Assembly: GCA_021432655.1 (NCBI GenBank)
Contig: MU271481.1
Location: 1-55,835, forward strand
Direction of reading: 5' to 3'
DNA from: Atractiella rhizophila
Taxonomy: Eukaryota
DNA length: 55,835 nucleotides
The position numbers and the translations under genes were made by a program. The notes below the pieces were generated by a model that was given only the letters and a program-made list of their open reading frames with translations, did no database searches and was not told where the DNA came from. Shown in pieces: positions 37,031-50,104 of the stretch; within the stretch, counting starts at the first letter, position 1, and the number at the start of each line of letters is the position of its first letter.

Positions 37031-37747
37031 CGGCTGATTTACACCAGCTCACATTGACGTCTTGCCAGGGTCTTGCTATTTCTTGAGCTTAAGCGCGAGC
37101 GATAAGGCCGGCGAAAACGTTCCACGGCTGTGTCATGGTGGCAAAGATCATTGTGAGATTACGATTGTGACGGTCAAGATGCTTGGGCGAAATTCGAAGA
37201 GAAACTGTAACTTCTGAAGTGAACCTCTATGCTGGATTCCCATGATACTGGCAGGCCTGGGCTGAGAGACTTGTACCTGTAACAAAAGGACTCGGGGCAA
37301 GTCATGGCAGGAATTACAGAAAGTCAAAAAGCAAAGCACTTTGCTGATCACCAGATCATCCCGCAGACTTGTTGATTGACTGAAAAGATTTACATGGATC
37401 AGTCTGACTTTCTTGAGCAGGGTAGTAGTTCTCAGGTCAACCAGAGTCAGTAGTCTACTAGTATCGAGTTGGTTCGCTTTACTCTCCTAGGGCTTAGATA
37501 GCAAAGCGATGAGCGGATGAAAATGACAGGGTGCATTGGATTGTCCAACTAAATGAATAGCTTCTCTCCCTCCCAATCCATCGCCGATAGATCGTGCAAT
37601 AACAACAAAAAAAGGAACCAGTCCACCCATGAATGATCGAACGAAGAAACGCCAGGTCTCTCTCCTCCACTCAGCTCAGCCGAATAAAGTAGGTTTCGAG
37701 TGCCAGCCGCTCCAGTCGGATCATCCACAAAGAACATGATGAGGGGA

Positions 37748-38379
37748 CTAAACGTCCCCAACCTTTCCACGTCTATCTTCTCCCTTTCTTTCCCCTCGTT
37801 GTTGAGCCTTGACAAAAGCGTATACGGCGAAGAGGTAGAAGAGGGAAGCGTCTACCGTTTGGTAGACGAGGATGGCCCAGAACGAACACCAGAAGTAAAA
37901 GATCGATTTGAAGACGTGAGAACGGTTGAGGGCCGAGTTTTCGAGGAATGGGACGGAATATTCCAGTGCGAGAGTGAACAGACCGTTCAGCTAGTGACAT
38001 CATATCAGATTGTGACTTGGAATCATACGTGAAAAGGTAGTGCGAACCAGATTGAAGATTTGGAAAAGGGGAAAGTCTACGGTTAGTTTGACGAAAATAT
38101 CTGAGCTGGAAGGTGGACTATCCATACAATTCAAGTCAGTTTCGTGTCGACCTCAAGAGGAGCGCGAAAAACGAACATCAACCCCACAGGTCCGAGCACA
38201 CCACCAATCATATCCCAAAAGAACTTTCGGTAAAAGAATGCCCAAAACGCTCCCCAAACGACGTCTTGGCCATGTCATCAATTTCGCCTCCTTTCCTAAA
38301 GGAAACACAGGAAAGACTCACAAGTACCGCTGGTCAAAGCGACCAAGCGACCCCAATCTTGATACATCAATTTTCCCAT
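37748..38379 (-). CDS. NoxD/PRO41-like small membrane protein (fungal p22phox-like NADPH oxidase partner)
   Basis: Four hand-spliced exons: MGKLMYQDWGRLVALTSGT / YVVWGAFWAFFYRKFFWDMIGG / FQIFNL / LNGLFTLALEYSVPFLENSALNRSHVF...VYQTVDASLFY...GDV*; fits the PRO41 pattern MGKL..W.RL..T, K.FWD, LALE, RS..F, YQ. Confidence 0.75.
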
Positions 38380-39214
38380 TCTTTAGTTCTTCTGAATCCT
38401 TGCTGACTGACTAATTAACCTATCGACCGAGCGATTTCTTGTGCGGAAAAGGATACGAGGCGTCGAAGGAAGCACTTCGTTCGAATTCGTAGGGTTGTTG
38501 GATTTTGCAGTCTAGTTTCGTGCCACTCAGTGGCAAAGTCCTTTAGTTTTCTGGAATGTTCTACTATTTTCTAGTTGCCACTGCTGTAAGCTATATAAAC
38601 ACATAGAATTCCATTTCCTGGTGCTCATGCGTTTGCAAGAGCTCAGCCAAACGTAAAAGTCGTACTTAGCTCCGCTCCTCAGCCCGTCGATTTCCAACAA
38701 GGGTAGGTAGGTGAGTCGAAAGAGAAGTTGTGAGAAAAGACTGAATGAAAGAGGATCAATCCTTCTCCCTTGTCCCTAGTCTCGCCAAGGACAGAAAAGT
38801 GAACTGAAGAAACGAGAGTGGCGCAGCCTAGAAGCGTAAGTGGGAAAGGGAAGAAGGATACTGTCGACCTTTACGCTCTTGGGAACGAGAACTTCGTCGT
38901 TTGGGTGGAACGATGCTTAAAGTTCGACCTGGTTCGACCGTCCCAACTCAATGGAAATTATGACTTTCACGTGGCTGGACATGTGGCCGCTTACCTACCG
39001 TTGCCTGGGGACTGGTTGAAAAAAGTTGTTGCTGGTGCATTGGTCCAGGCGCTATTGGGCGTGAAGCAGTCCTGTCAAGCCAACGCGTACTTGCGATTTG
39101 CGTGATAAGAGCTCTCACAAATCAAAGTAACCCCTCAACACAACAGAAGGACTGACAACACTGGACAACATGAATTGCAATGAACACATTATAATGTAAC
39201 AGTGTTACTAAGTG

Positions 39215-41264
39215 CTAAGGTGGCTCAAAGCGAACTCGGTGCCTTCTGCTCCTTCCAAGCGGACGGTTTCCCAGCTGAGAACCAAGCAGGTCCAAAAGAA
39301 GCTTCAGTAATAATAAAGGCATTTTCAGGGATCCTGAACACGGGTGGATCGAAAGAGCTCTCTGTCGTCGCGTGCGATTGTGATTGCAAATCCTCGTCCG
39401 TTCCAAGATAGGAGGAACAAGAGGACATCAACTTGCGCGGTTGACCAATTTCTAAGTCATCATCCATAGCAGAGGAACCGCTCGCCTTCCTGGAGTGTGT
39501 TTCTCGACGATCGGAAGAAGAAGAAAGGCCAAGGAAGCTGCCATCATCGAGCCCTCGTTGGAAGTTCAGAATCAATCCAGGCTGTCAGAAAGATTTCAAC
39601 GTGTACCGATGTTCGTGAGAAGGTACTTACAGTTCCAAACGCTATGAAGGTCCAGCTGGACGCGCCATCAGCGGATCTCACGATGAAAGACAGAAAACTC
39701 ACAAATACCAAAGGTGGATGATTGCGACGTTGGTGTCATCGGACGCTTTCGCTCCCAGCACCAGGGTGAACACTGTACCCCCGAGGCTGGCAGGTTCATT
39801 AGAGATGTCAGTTGACGCAAGACGAATGAAAGGAACATACTAGCTTAAAGAAGACCCAAAAAGACCGAAGGCTGTAAACAGATGAGCTAATGCCTGTACG
39901 GTGGGAAATGGTTGACAAACCGTGAACTTTAAGGTTGAACAGAGCCCGGCGCAAAGCACTGACTTTTAGTTCGGTGTCCTCTTCCAGAGAGGTCTGTGGA
40001 TTACCAATCTGGGCTAGTCGCCTGAGCTAATAACACGAGTAAGCTGATGTTACTTGAAGGGTGACAGCAGAATCTAGCTGGAACACTCACATCGTTAAGA
40101 ACTCGCTCAAAGATGTTAATATGACTCTTGAGCTTCCGGACCATGACGAAGAAGGCGTAACTGCCCAGCTGGACATACGTTGTGTGTTCAGTAAAAAGCT
40201 TTCGGAAATGGGATGAGACGAACGCACACAGAATACCCCAAAGACCAACCAGGCCCCCCATAAAGCGACTGTTACCCGGTCAACCTCGAGGCACTTCCGA
40301 TCCAGCTCCGTCAATTCTTTGAGTGGTACAACTAACTGCAACAGGTCGTGTTGATCGTCGACAACGGTGGTGTTCTGAAATAAGAGTAGGCTCTCCATCA
40401 CTCGTCCGTAGGCTCCGAAACTACGGTTGCAAACGATATTTGACCATATATGAGTTCCAACGGTTGTGGCAGAATATAACAGAGGAACCACAACGGCAAA
40501 GAGTACGCTGAGAATGCGAAGTCGCCCGCTTGAGTGAAGCGAAGATGGATCCAGTTGCATTGCTTGCGTATTGATAGATGCTGCTGTGACGATCCCATAT
40601 GCTGCCTTATTATGAGCATATTTTTTCAAGTCGAAGGGAAAAAGTAACCTTTGTAATACCCTGCCAACCAGACGGTCAACCTTACGACCCGTCAGTCATG
40701 CTTTCAATTGTGGAGAAGGAAACCTACCATGAGAACATTCGAAAAAGAATCAAGTTCATAGAAGCATCCTTTCCATTCAAGATCTCGCTTATCCGCCACA
40801 CACTCAGCTCATTGCCTTGACAATTAGTCAGTCAGGCACTCTCAGCCAAGAAGCACGTACTGGTGAGGTATGCCAAAAGGAGAGAACTGAAGATCACGGG
40901 AGTGTTGATAACAATGCAACGATCTGTAAAAGCAACTTCAAGCACAAACTGCCTAGTCCATGGAGAAACGTACCTCGGATCGAAAAGAGAAAGAAATTCT
41001 TATTTCTCAAACGAATGGCAATGCAGGCAATGGAGATCAACCCCAGGACTGCGTTCAAAGCTGTCCAAGGAGATTAGGCAGAAATACCTAGGAAGAAGCA
41101 GACGCACCAAGAATGGAATAAAACTGAGGCAGCGCACTCCTTGGAAAGCTGGGGAATAAAAATTGATCCACCAACGCTGAGATTGTTTTGGATAGGTCCG
41201 AGACTGAACCTTCCCTCAAAGCAATCTGGATTATTCCTGCAAGCTGGCTGGCAAGGTCTCCCAT
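39215..41264 (-). CDS. Hypothetical multi-pass membrane protein (3' end approximate)
   Basis: ATG 41264 (MGDLASQLAG...), several hydrophobic exons (e.g. ILSVLFAVVVPLLYS, VTVALWGAWLVFGVFC), short introns, Ser/acidic tail 39225-39575. Confidence 0.55.
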
Positions 41265-42073
41265 AGCTAGGAATAAAGGTGCGATCTCTGGAACTAGGCT
41301 ACCTCTGTGGAAACTAGAGCACCATCAAACATCCAGGTATTGGCACTCCGAGATAAGTAAGCAGGAGCTGCCATGTCCATGGGGTGGACTGATATATCGA
41401 CGGGAACTGTCGAAGCTCGGTGGAACTTCTTGATGAAAAATTTTACCTCCGTCTGCAGATTGTTAGTTTAAGACATTGGTCTGGATCACAAGAATAGCAA
41501 ATATGTTAAAATCCCAAAGACATATAGTTTCTAGGACGAGGTTGAATCATGGACGTGGAAACGTCGAAGAAGCCCGTCAAACTTCGCAGGGATCGGGAAG
41601 TCCATTGGTATCATGGTTACATGGCGCACGTAGAAATTCGGTTCGGTCCCATTAAAGGCAAGTTGGCACACGATTGGAACAAACACAACTGAACAGCTGA
41701 AGTAATGAGCTGAGTTGAATAAGGTCAGCCCTTAAATTGCAAAAGCACGTAGGCTCTAAAAAATTAATAATAAAGCAAGGCGAACTCGCCGGCTTCACCG
41801 CTTAACGGTCTCCTGGTGTCCCGGGCAACAGAAACAGATTCGCCAAAAAGATTCACCATCAAAGGATGCATGAGCCAGCATGATCACTTTCATTACCATG
41901 ACACACAAAGCACTGATGCAAGTGAGATAAAATATTGCGCCGCCAAATTCGGGAGATGTACGAGCCAACACATGTCAGGTGCGATCGCAAAGGATTCCAA
42001 ATCCTGAAGTACTCCAGACAAGACGGCGGACACGGGGGTTCGATTGGGCTGGTAACCTACGGGAGAGCGGGCG

Positions 42074-45064
42074 CTAGCCATCACCATAATACTTCCTGCG
42101 CAGCTCCTCCACCGTCAGATTGGCATCTTCTTCCAATTCACGCATCTCCTCTTCACTATCTTCGTTCGCTCCGTCCTCTTCCCCTTCCATTTCAGCTTCC
42201 ATCTGTTCATCGTCCTGGGCTCTGTCGTCATCCTCCTCATCTTCAAACTCCGAATTGCGTTCCCGATCGTTCTCGACATCAGCGTGAATCTGGTGGTCAT
42301 GTTCCTCCTCCAGCTCAGCATCGTCTTCAGATTCAATAGCAGTGGGGGCGGCGACGTCGGCAGGAGGAAGGAGTGAAGATGCGTTTTGTGAAACGTGCTG
42401 GCTCATGCTCGGAGTAAGGGCCGCGGTTGCCAGTGAGGAAAGATCAGGAACAATTGGACCTTGACTGGTGATGCTAAAGGCTTCTGAAATCTGCGCCAGT
42501 TCGCCCGCTTCCTCCCTCATCATCGCTTCCATGTCTATTTCGTTGTCCTCACGAGCACTCTGTTCATCCACCCCATTCGGTTCAAAAGCTTCGGAGGATG
42601 GAGTCGTGGGGTTGTTGTTGTCATGGTGGTCTTCCGAATTTTCCTCCTCTTCGGGATCATCACTCACTGCTCCTTCTTCGTATTCCTCTTCCTCCTCTTC
42701 TTCTTCCTCTTCTTCGTCTTCACTAGTCCCCCTTCCTCTTCCTCCAAGAAGCTCTCGGCTCTGCTCCAAGAGGCGATCGAGTTGTTTCTTACCCTCCTTC
42801 TCCCTCTCAATCCTCTCCGCTTCCTCCTTCCTTGCCATGACGAGCTCGTAAGCCTCCCTCCACTTCTTCTTGATCTCTTTTGCAATCCATCTCGCATTTG
42901 CCTTCCTCTCTTTCTCTTCCGCTTCCTCCGCCTCCTTCTCACGAGTCTCTTTGTTGGCCCAATACTCCTTCACTATCTTCCCGAGTGGACCCTTCTTCTC
43001 CCTCCCATGAACGCGTGCCTTCCCTTCATATCCTAAGCCCCATAATTTCGCCAAGCTAGTTGCATGAAGGACGAGTGCGTCCCGATGATCTTCCTTCCGC
43101 TTATGCTCCACGTTTTTCTTGAGACTAGGGTCCATTTCCACTCCATCCCCGAACTCCTCCAAATGCTTGACCTTCGCCCAAATCTCCATTTCCTTCTCCA
43201 ACTTCTTCCCTTCTCTGTAGCTAGAGCATGGATCTCCTTCCACCGGTACAAGATCCACAATTTCGTCCACGATCTCTGCCAACTCCTTCCCCTCATATGG
43301 CGCAAACCATTCCTCTAGAAAGATTTGATACGGTTGCATGTACTGAGGCATAAGGTCTGAGGATTCCTTGAGCCGTTTCTTGGGAGGCGGAAGATTAGGG
43401 AGGAACACTGTATACTGTTCCACCGGCTCAGGCGGCGGCGGTAAGCGTCGACGGGAGTTGACTGGGGGAGGAGAAGGCGAAGGAGGAATGGGAGGAAGAT
43501 TGAGGCCAGCGATTTCTGAATCCGTAATCCTAGAAAAAGGTGATGTCGCTCGCTTCTTTTTCTTCTTTTTCGTCGAAGTTTTTGAGGTCGCGGTCTTGGG
43601 TTGCTCCGTTAGTGAAGGCAAGTCTACCGCCATTGTTTCCTCATCCTCACCATCCTCATTGACCTTTGACTTTTTCTTGGGTCGCTGCGAAACGACCTTC
43701 TCCTTTGCTTGAGCCTTTGCTCTCCTTCCCCCTTGTTCGATGTTCACCGTGCCACCGCTCCCAATATCAGATCCTAGGAGATGCTGCAGTTCTCTCTCGA
43801 ATCCGGACCTTCTGATCTTCTTTGGCTTCTGCGCTGGCATTGGCACAGACGCTTCTGCAAGTGAAACCTCAGGGTCGGGTATGGAAAGATTTGACGGACC
43901 GGGGGGTAACGTTGCGGTTGTTGTAACGGTTCGAGGGACGATATCAGGCCCAAGCAGAGATTGCAGCTCCCTCTCGAAGCCAGAGCGACGCGACTTCTTC
44001 TTCGGTGGCGGTTGGGGACGGAGTGTGGATTCGAACAAGGTGGAGCCGCTAGCGCCGTTGCTCGTCGTTGACTCCAGAGAGAGGGAAGGCAGTGCTCCAG
44101 TGGAACTAGAGTTGATGGGAAGACTGCTGGTGGACGCCTCCGCTTCCACGGAAGGAGAAGGCACGGTAGGAGGACGAGTGAGCTTGAGCGTAATCTTCCT
44201 TCTCTTCTCAGGTTGCGGCGAGTCCGCAGGAGTAGGCGTTGACCCGGTGGGCGTAGGCGCAATGTGTTCAAGCTTCCTTTTGTCCCCTACTTGAGGCGGC
44301 GGAGGTTTAAATCGAATTTTGCCCTTCGAAGCCTTTCTCACAACAGCAACGGCGCGCGAGCTCTCGACTTCTTCGTCCAGAGCGGTTGCAAGCGCTTCTG
44401 CGGGCAAAGAAGCTTCTGCTTCCATTGGTGCTGGTGGTGAAGCCTGAACAGTTTTCGTTCGCTGTTTATCTGGAGTACCACTGATTACTTGTGTGCGCTC
44501 TGCTATGCTACGCCGCGTCTTTCGTACACCGGTGTTGGATGGATCGGATGCTTTGGCAAGAAGGTCGTACTGGCTTGCGAACTGGTGAATGGGAATTAAT
44601 GCAATGTTCTCGAGCACGGAAGAAAGTGTTGGCAAAACAGGTAGTGAGAGGCAAGCTTACCTCGGAGAAAACGTGTGACGAGTCCTTCTTCGCTTCCTGC
44701 ACCTTAGTTAGCACCAAGCAGCTCAGTCAAAGAGGGTGAAGGAGACAAACAGCTGGGTCATAATTGACCAATGTCTTATATTTCTCAAGGTGAAAGAGCT
44801 CCCTCACTAATTCATCATGTGTTTCCTTAATCCTTCAGAATACACCCAAGAAGAACACGAATCACCCTCCCAGTCCCATTTCTAGACGCGAGATACTCAC
44901 AAGTCTGCGTCCAACTGTGTTTTTGCAATCTCCTCTTCACGCCCTTGCAGAATTTCTTCGCGTGTTGGCTCAATGTGTGGAGGCACTGAATCTGTAGCCG
45001 TAGCGACCGCCTTTTGGAGCGTTTCTTCATCTGAAGATGCTGAAGAGAGGTCTGAGGAAGACAT
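42074..45064 (-). CDS. SWR1 N-terminal region (HSA domain plus acidic tract) with no ATPase domain
   Basis: Spliced 5' exons give HDELVRELFHLEKYKTLVNYDP..AKKDSSHVF; HSA-like EYW...ARWIAKEIKKKW...EGKKQLDRLLEQSRELL; ends MRELEEDANLTVEELRRKYYGDG* at 42074. Confidence 0.8.
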
Positions 45065-46093
45065 CGCGGTACTGGCGCGGAAGTCGCGTGTGGATCGGCT
45101 CCGTGTTCTGCAAACAGAAACGACGAACGGGATGGAAGCAAGTTTTGAGGTGCCTTGCTAGGACAGCAGTAGGATGTTAGAGATGACGGTTGTTGCTATG
45201 TTAATATTATATAGCCGTTTGTCTTGATGTGAGCTCGTTATTGGTCGTGATGGTGGGGATTGTCTGCTTTGCTTGTTTGCCCTATCTTATCGGATATCCC
45301 CAAGGAATGAACTTGCGAAGGAACTGTTTACTGGACATGTAGTCGATAGACGACCATAAGTTTCAGAACTTCACAAATACTAGAATCGGGATATTGGCTA
45401 TAAAAGACCAGCATTGTCCCGCTGACATTCTTGAGAAAAAATAATGGAGAAGGCGACTGGTGGAATGTATCTTCCATATACTTCCACGACCATTGTCGAA
45501 AACAGACAAATTTCCGTTCTCCTTAATTTGTGTTATGCTTTGTATACATCTTCCCCGTCTCAAGACACTCTTCAAAACTCTGTCGTCGCCTTTCTACTTC
45601 GCAAAGCTTTGTTAACGGAAGGTTCTGTGTGCTGAACTGCCAGCGCCGCTGAGCTATATTTACGTCGTTCATTCCTTGATGTCTTATTGCTATCATTTCT
45701 CCTTACAACATTCTCCCAGCTTGTGGCCACACTGGCCACACCGTCTTTTAGGTCACGTGTAGTGAGTTCTCTTCCTTGTCCGTGCGCCAAGACACTTTCC
45801 TTTTATTCCGTCTCTCGGGTGTTTCGCTACAGTCTTATTGCATCTTTTTCCTCCTGCTATGTAAATCGAACAGTTTCTTTAGTTTCTGGACGGGTTACCA
45901 CTATGCTTCTTCAGATTGTCCTGTCTTGAAATAGAGCTTCGTCCTGACAAGATCTTGTCCATATAATCCATATACCTCCTCCCCAGCTCCCTCGAACTTC
46001 TCAGCGCGCTTGGCTCTCTTTGTGGTGAGCCCTTATAAGGCTCTATAGTAATCATTTGTCACTCTTCTTCCTCTTCCGTTGATCCCACCAAAC

Positions 46094-46830
46094 ATGCATG
46101 ATTTCCGCTCTGTCTTTCTCTTCCTAGTCTGCGTACTCGCTACTTCTGCGACAACCGAGACCGTCAGTCTGGTTCGGAGGCAAGAACGTGAACCTGAAGA
46201 TCCAGAGACGAGCGAAGAGCCAAAGAGTACGAACTCAGCCAAATTCGACGAACAAAATCTAATTGCGAGCTGTACTTTTTCTCCTTTCCTGTCTTCTCCG
46301 TTCCCTATTTACATCATCAGGAGTATATGCTCATCCAAGGATGAACAGTATCTTATTTCGGCGCACTCGTTGGCTTAGGCGCCCTGTACCTCTTTGTCAA
46401 CTATATTAGGCGAAAACAGGATGAAAGGCGAGCGGCACAGGATTGGAAAGCCGGGAAAATTGGAACGAGGCTTAAAGAAAAGATCCTCTCCTCCAACAAT
46501 GTAAATGTGCGGGGATTGGAGGAAGGAGAGGGGATGAAGAAGGAGTCGCCTTATCCGCCGAGTCCACCGTTTGGTGCGAGAGGAAACGAGAGGGGAAATG
46601 GCTCAGTCGGTCCCTTCATAGCTTGTTGTGGAAATCTGATGCGAAGGGAGTGCGTAGGGAAGGCAGGTTACAATGGTGCCGGAAGAGAGCGCAGATTCTT
46701 CTTCCAAGTGACTCCGAAAGTTCCTTTTGGTTTGCCACATTTTCCATCTTTGCCATCGATCACCGTGTTAGGTTTGCTAGTCGTAACCGCTTTTTCAAGG
46801 TGCTACTCACCATCATCTAAAACGATCTAG
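46094..46830 (+). CDS. Small single-pass (type I) membrane protein, hypothetical
   Basis: Signal peptide MHDFRSVFLFLVCVLATSA; after an intron, TM LSYFGALVGLGALYLFVNYI followed by RRK; end uncertain. Confidence 0.55.
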
Positions 46831-47455
46831 CTTGTGCCTTTTGACATGTAGGATCATTCTGCATCCTTTTTTTGCGAAATCTTTGGTTAAACTGTACTCT
46901 TTGCCGGAGATGCAGTTCTGCCCTCCTCATCTCTACTCGGTTTTATTTCTCTAGCTTATTGACTTCGTCACCACTTTTGTGGCATATCTCTCATAAGCGT
47001 ACCTTATGCCCAATCTAAGGAGATGTCCTTGTGCCGACATGTCATTCATCTTCCCGCACATTCTCAGCCTAACACTCCCAATAAAGTACGGGTATTGGTC
47101 GGGAAGACTGCCTGTGTTCTCGAAGAACTCTCACTTCCCATGACAGACAAGCTAGGCGGTAAATATCTGTTCGGCGATACTGAAAAGGGGCCAACAGTGA
47201 TCTTCTGACATAAATTATCTTCACAACTCCTGTTTAGGCTTTCTTTCTGGGAATCCCTCTATTCTAGGCACTCACCTTTCAGGTCCAGATTTATATGAGC
47301 ACTGAGGAGCTGGAGCGACAAGACACAATCAGGAGCTATCCCTTCTTTGTTTACGTCCGAGACACCATTGCCTGCTCTTTCTTCAAGTTCGGCAGAGACC
47401 TCTTCTGAGTCCACCATCCTGTATCCGCCAAGCCATCCCTCTTCTCCATGCCGTC

Positions 47456-49451
47456 ATGGAGTTGTCATTCGTTACCAAGAATGCAGATACACTGCACTAT
47501 TCTGAGGACAGCCTGATTACCTCTTCGGATCATGTTATTGACGGAGGGATCAAGACGAACACAATTGTGCGCATCGATGCAGTGCTCTCCGCTCTGGTTC
47601 GTCTTGTCTTCCTCATCTTTCCATTTTCATACCCCTTCTTCGAGTTGCATCATGAAACCTGATGATGGCTTACGCGTTTTATGCAGTCGTTAGCAGGATC
47701 TGGATTCATGATCAGCTCGTTTCTGCTAGCTAAACACCACCGCTCACGACGGCAGATCATCTTCGGACTCGCAGTGTCGGATTTCTTCCATGTCCGTCTC
47801 CATCCTCTCCTCAGTCCCAAGATTATTCATTTCTGACATTGTTTTGCTGGGTTAGGCACTCTCAGTCTTTGCTCCGACCGTTGCCACTCTCGCTCGCAAT
47901 GGATGGACCATGCCTGCTGGTGCAGCCTGTACCGTCTCCGGTTACACGTATCAAGTCTTCGTTCTCGCGTCAGCATTCTGGACTTTGCTGTACGTTTACT
48001 GCTCCACGGTAATCGTCAGTCTAAGGTACTTGGGAATTCCGAACCAAATAGTGTCGCCATTTGCACCTACTACCTTCTCTCAAACCCGTTTTCCATCGTC
48101 TGCGAGCTCTTGCACGATGGAAGGAAGTACGTGCCCTTCCTTTGGCTACTTATCTACGTATTTTGCTTCGTCTATGCTGGTATTGGCTGGGGACTGTATG
48201 GGTACAGTTCTTGCTTGGCCTTATCACGGTGTTGGCTGAACGGTACGCAGATATTCACCTGTGGGAGGCGGGATCTGCAACTATGGGGTCAACTCTGGAT
48301 GGTATGGTACGCTGGCACTATTCGTACCAAGGTTAGCAAATCGAGAAAGAATCTATTGCAGACCAGAATGCTGAAACTTTGTTGAACAGGACAATCATCT
48401 TCCTCCTCGTCATTAGCATCTATGTCTACCTCTTCTGCTTCTTCCGTCGGAGAGCCAATAATTTTAATGAAGAAGGAAACACGGCAGTGGCTGCTGCCAA
48501 ACTCAATAAAGGCTACACACCTCCAACCAGCGGTGCGAACGATAACAAGAACTGCCTCTTCGATCCTTCTTACACCTTAGCGAACACGTCATCTCATCCT
48601 GATATCACAATGGGTGAAATAAGCATAGAAAGACTTGATTCTAATGCTTCTGGTGTCAGGGATGCCAGGGACAGTCAAGCTACGTTGGTAGATGGCGCTG
48701 TTGATCCTCAATTGAAGGCTGGGAAGGTGGAATGGAGCGATAATCTGCTCAATAAACGACAGGGGTCTCCTTTTCCTTCCACATCGAACCTGAATCCATC
48801 GCCATACCAACGCGTCGCAGTCTCGCAAAGTACCTTTTCTCCGCTTCCCATTATCGCAAGGTTGACATCCTCATCCATCCTCGCTCCTCAAAGGCCGACA
48901 CTTACCGCTCTTTCGTTGACTTCCACCGTCGGTGCTACCATGTCCTTAGCCTCTACAGTTGAGCAGCCAGTAATTCAAAGGAGGCGTACGGACTACGCGC
49001 TCGATTTTGGAGGGAGGGCTCAACCTGAAAATGTGAACGGAGCGGAGAAGGAGAGGAGAGGAAGTCATGAGAAGAGATTGACCGCAATGGAGGTTAATCG
49101 GAGGGTGTCGCTATTGATGATTCTTTACCCTGTGGCTGTAAGCCATTTCTCCCCTGCCTTCTCTCTCTCTTTCATTGACTTAATCTGTATTGAAAATGAC
49201 TTGGGACGGGCAGTACCTCGTGATTTTCTCAGTCAGTCTCGCGAAGATGATCTATGAGCTTGCTTGGGACCATAACCTTCATTATCTCTCCGCAATCGCC
49301 CGATTCCTCATCTTCAGCCAAGGTTTGATAGATGCTGTGAGTTATTCGCTCCCTCCACCTTCTCTTTTGTCCATGAACTAATTCTTCACAGGTCATTTAC
49401 GTTGGCGTCGAAGCAGCTTTCAAAAAGGCGATGGCATCGAGTTCGAGTTGA
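47456..49451 (+). CDS. G-protein-coupled receptor, Git3/Gpr1 or cAMP-receptor-like
   Basis: SLAGSGFMI, RQIIFGLAVSDF, CTVSGYTYQVFVLASAFWTL, long third cytoplasmic loop, RRVSLLMILYPVA.YL, FSQGLIDAVIY. Confidence 0.82.
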
Positions 49452-50104
49452 TTGCGTAATCGTACGATAATCTAGATGGCGTATCGATGGTTTTGGGGAT
49501 CACTGAGAGAAAGATTATGGACCTTTCGTCTTTTTTCCGTTTGTACACCGCTTTCAACTATGTTCTGCAATGTAAAATTGTGAAGACCCGACTGTGACGA
49601 GCTCAACATTACTACTATGCCACTAAGATGTTATTTCTTGCTATCAACAGTCACTAGTCACCGTGCTGAGTTGCTACAGACAGGCTAAATCGTATCACAG
49701 AACAAACGCAAACAGATAAAGTCGCTGCATTCTGAACGATATCGGAACCAATTTGAACGGACCAGCTGAGAGAAAAGAACGAAGAGATGGTTCGCATAAA
49801 ACAACATGAACTGAACGGATAACACGCTATTTACGCCCTTAAAACTTAAACGGCAAAGCTTACGCCACTAATTTTGTGTACAACAACAGTCGTTTCGAAA
49901 GAAGATAAAAGAGAACAAGAATTCGAAAACGATTGTCCAACCAATCGGAACAAAGCACAATCAACTCCGATTCACTGTCATCTTCCGCATCCACTTCTTC
50001 CATCGCATAGCATCCAATATAGAGAGCTTTTACAACCTCTAAAGCAAACGACCCAGATTCGCGCACCAAACACGATTCGAGAAGAATAAAATCACCGATC
50101 CCAT

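Noticed and set aside
41893..42087. Frameshifted continuation of SWR1
   Set aside because: 64-aa frame has no SNF2 motifs and there is no room for an ATPase before the next gene
42468..44294. Plus-strand Ser/Phe-rich ORFs and the TCC/TCT low-complexity tract
   Set aside because: Antisense of Glu/Lys-rich SWR1-like coding sequence
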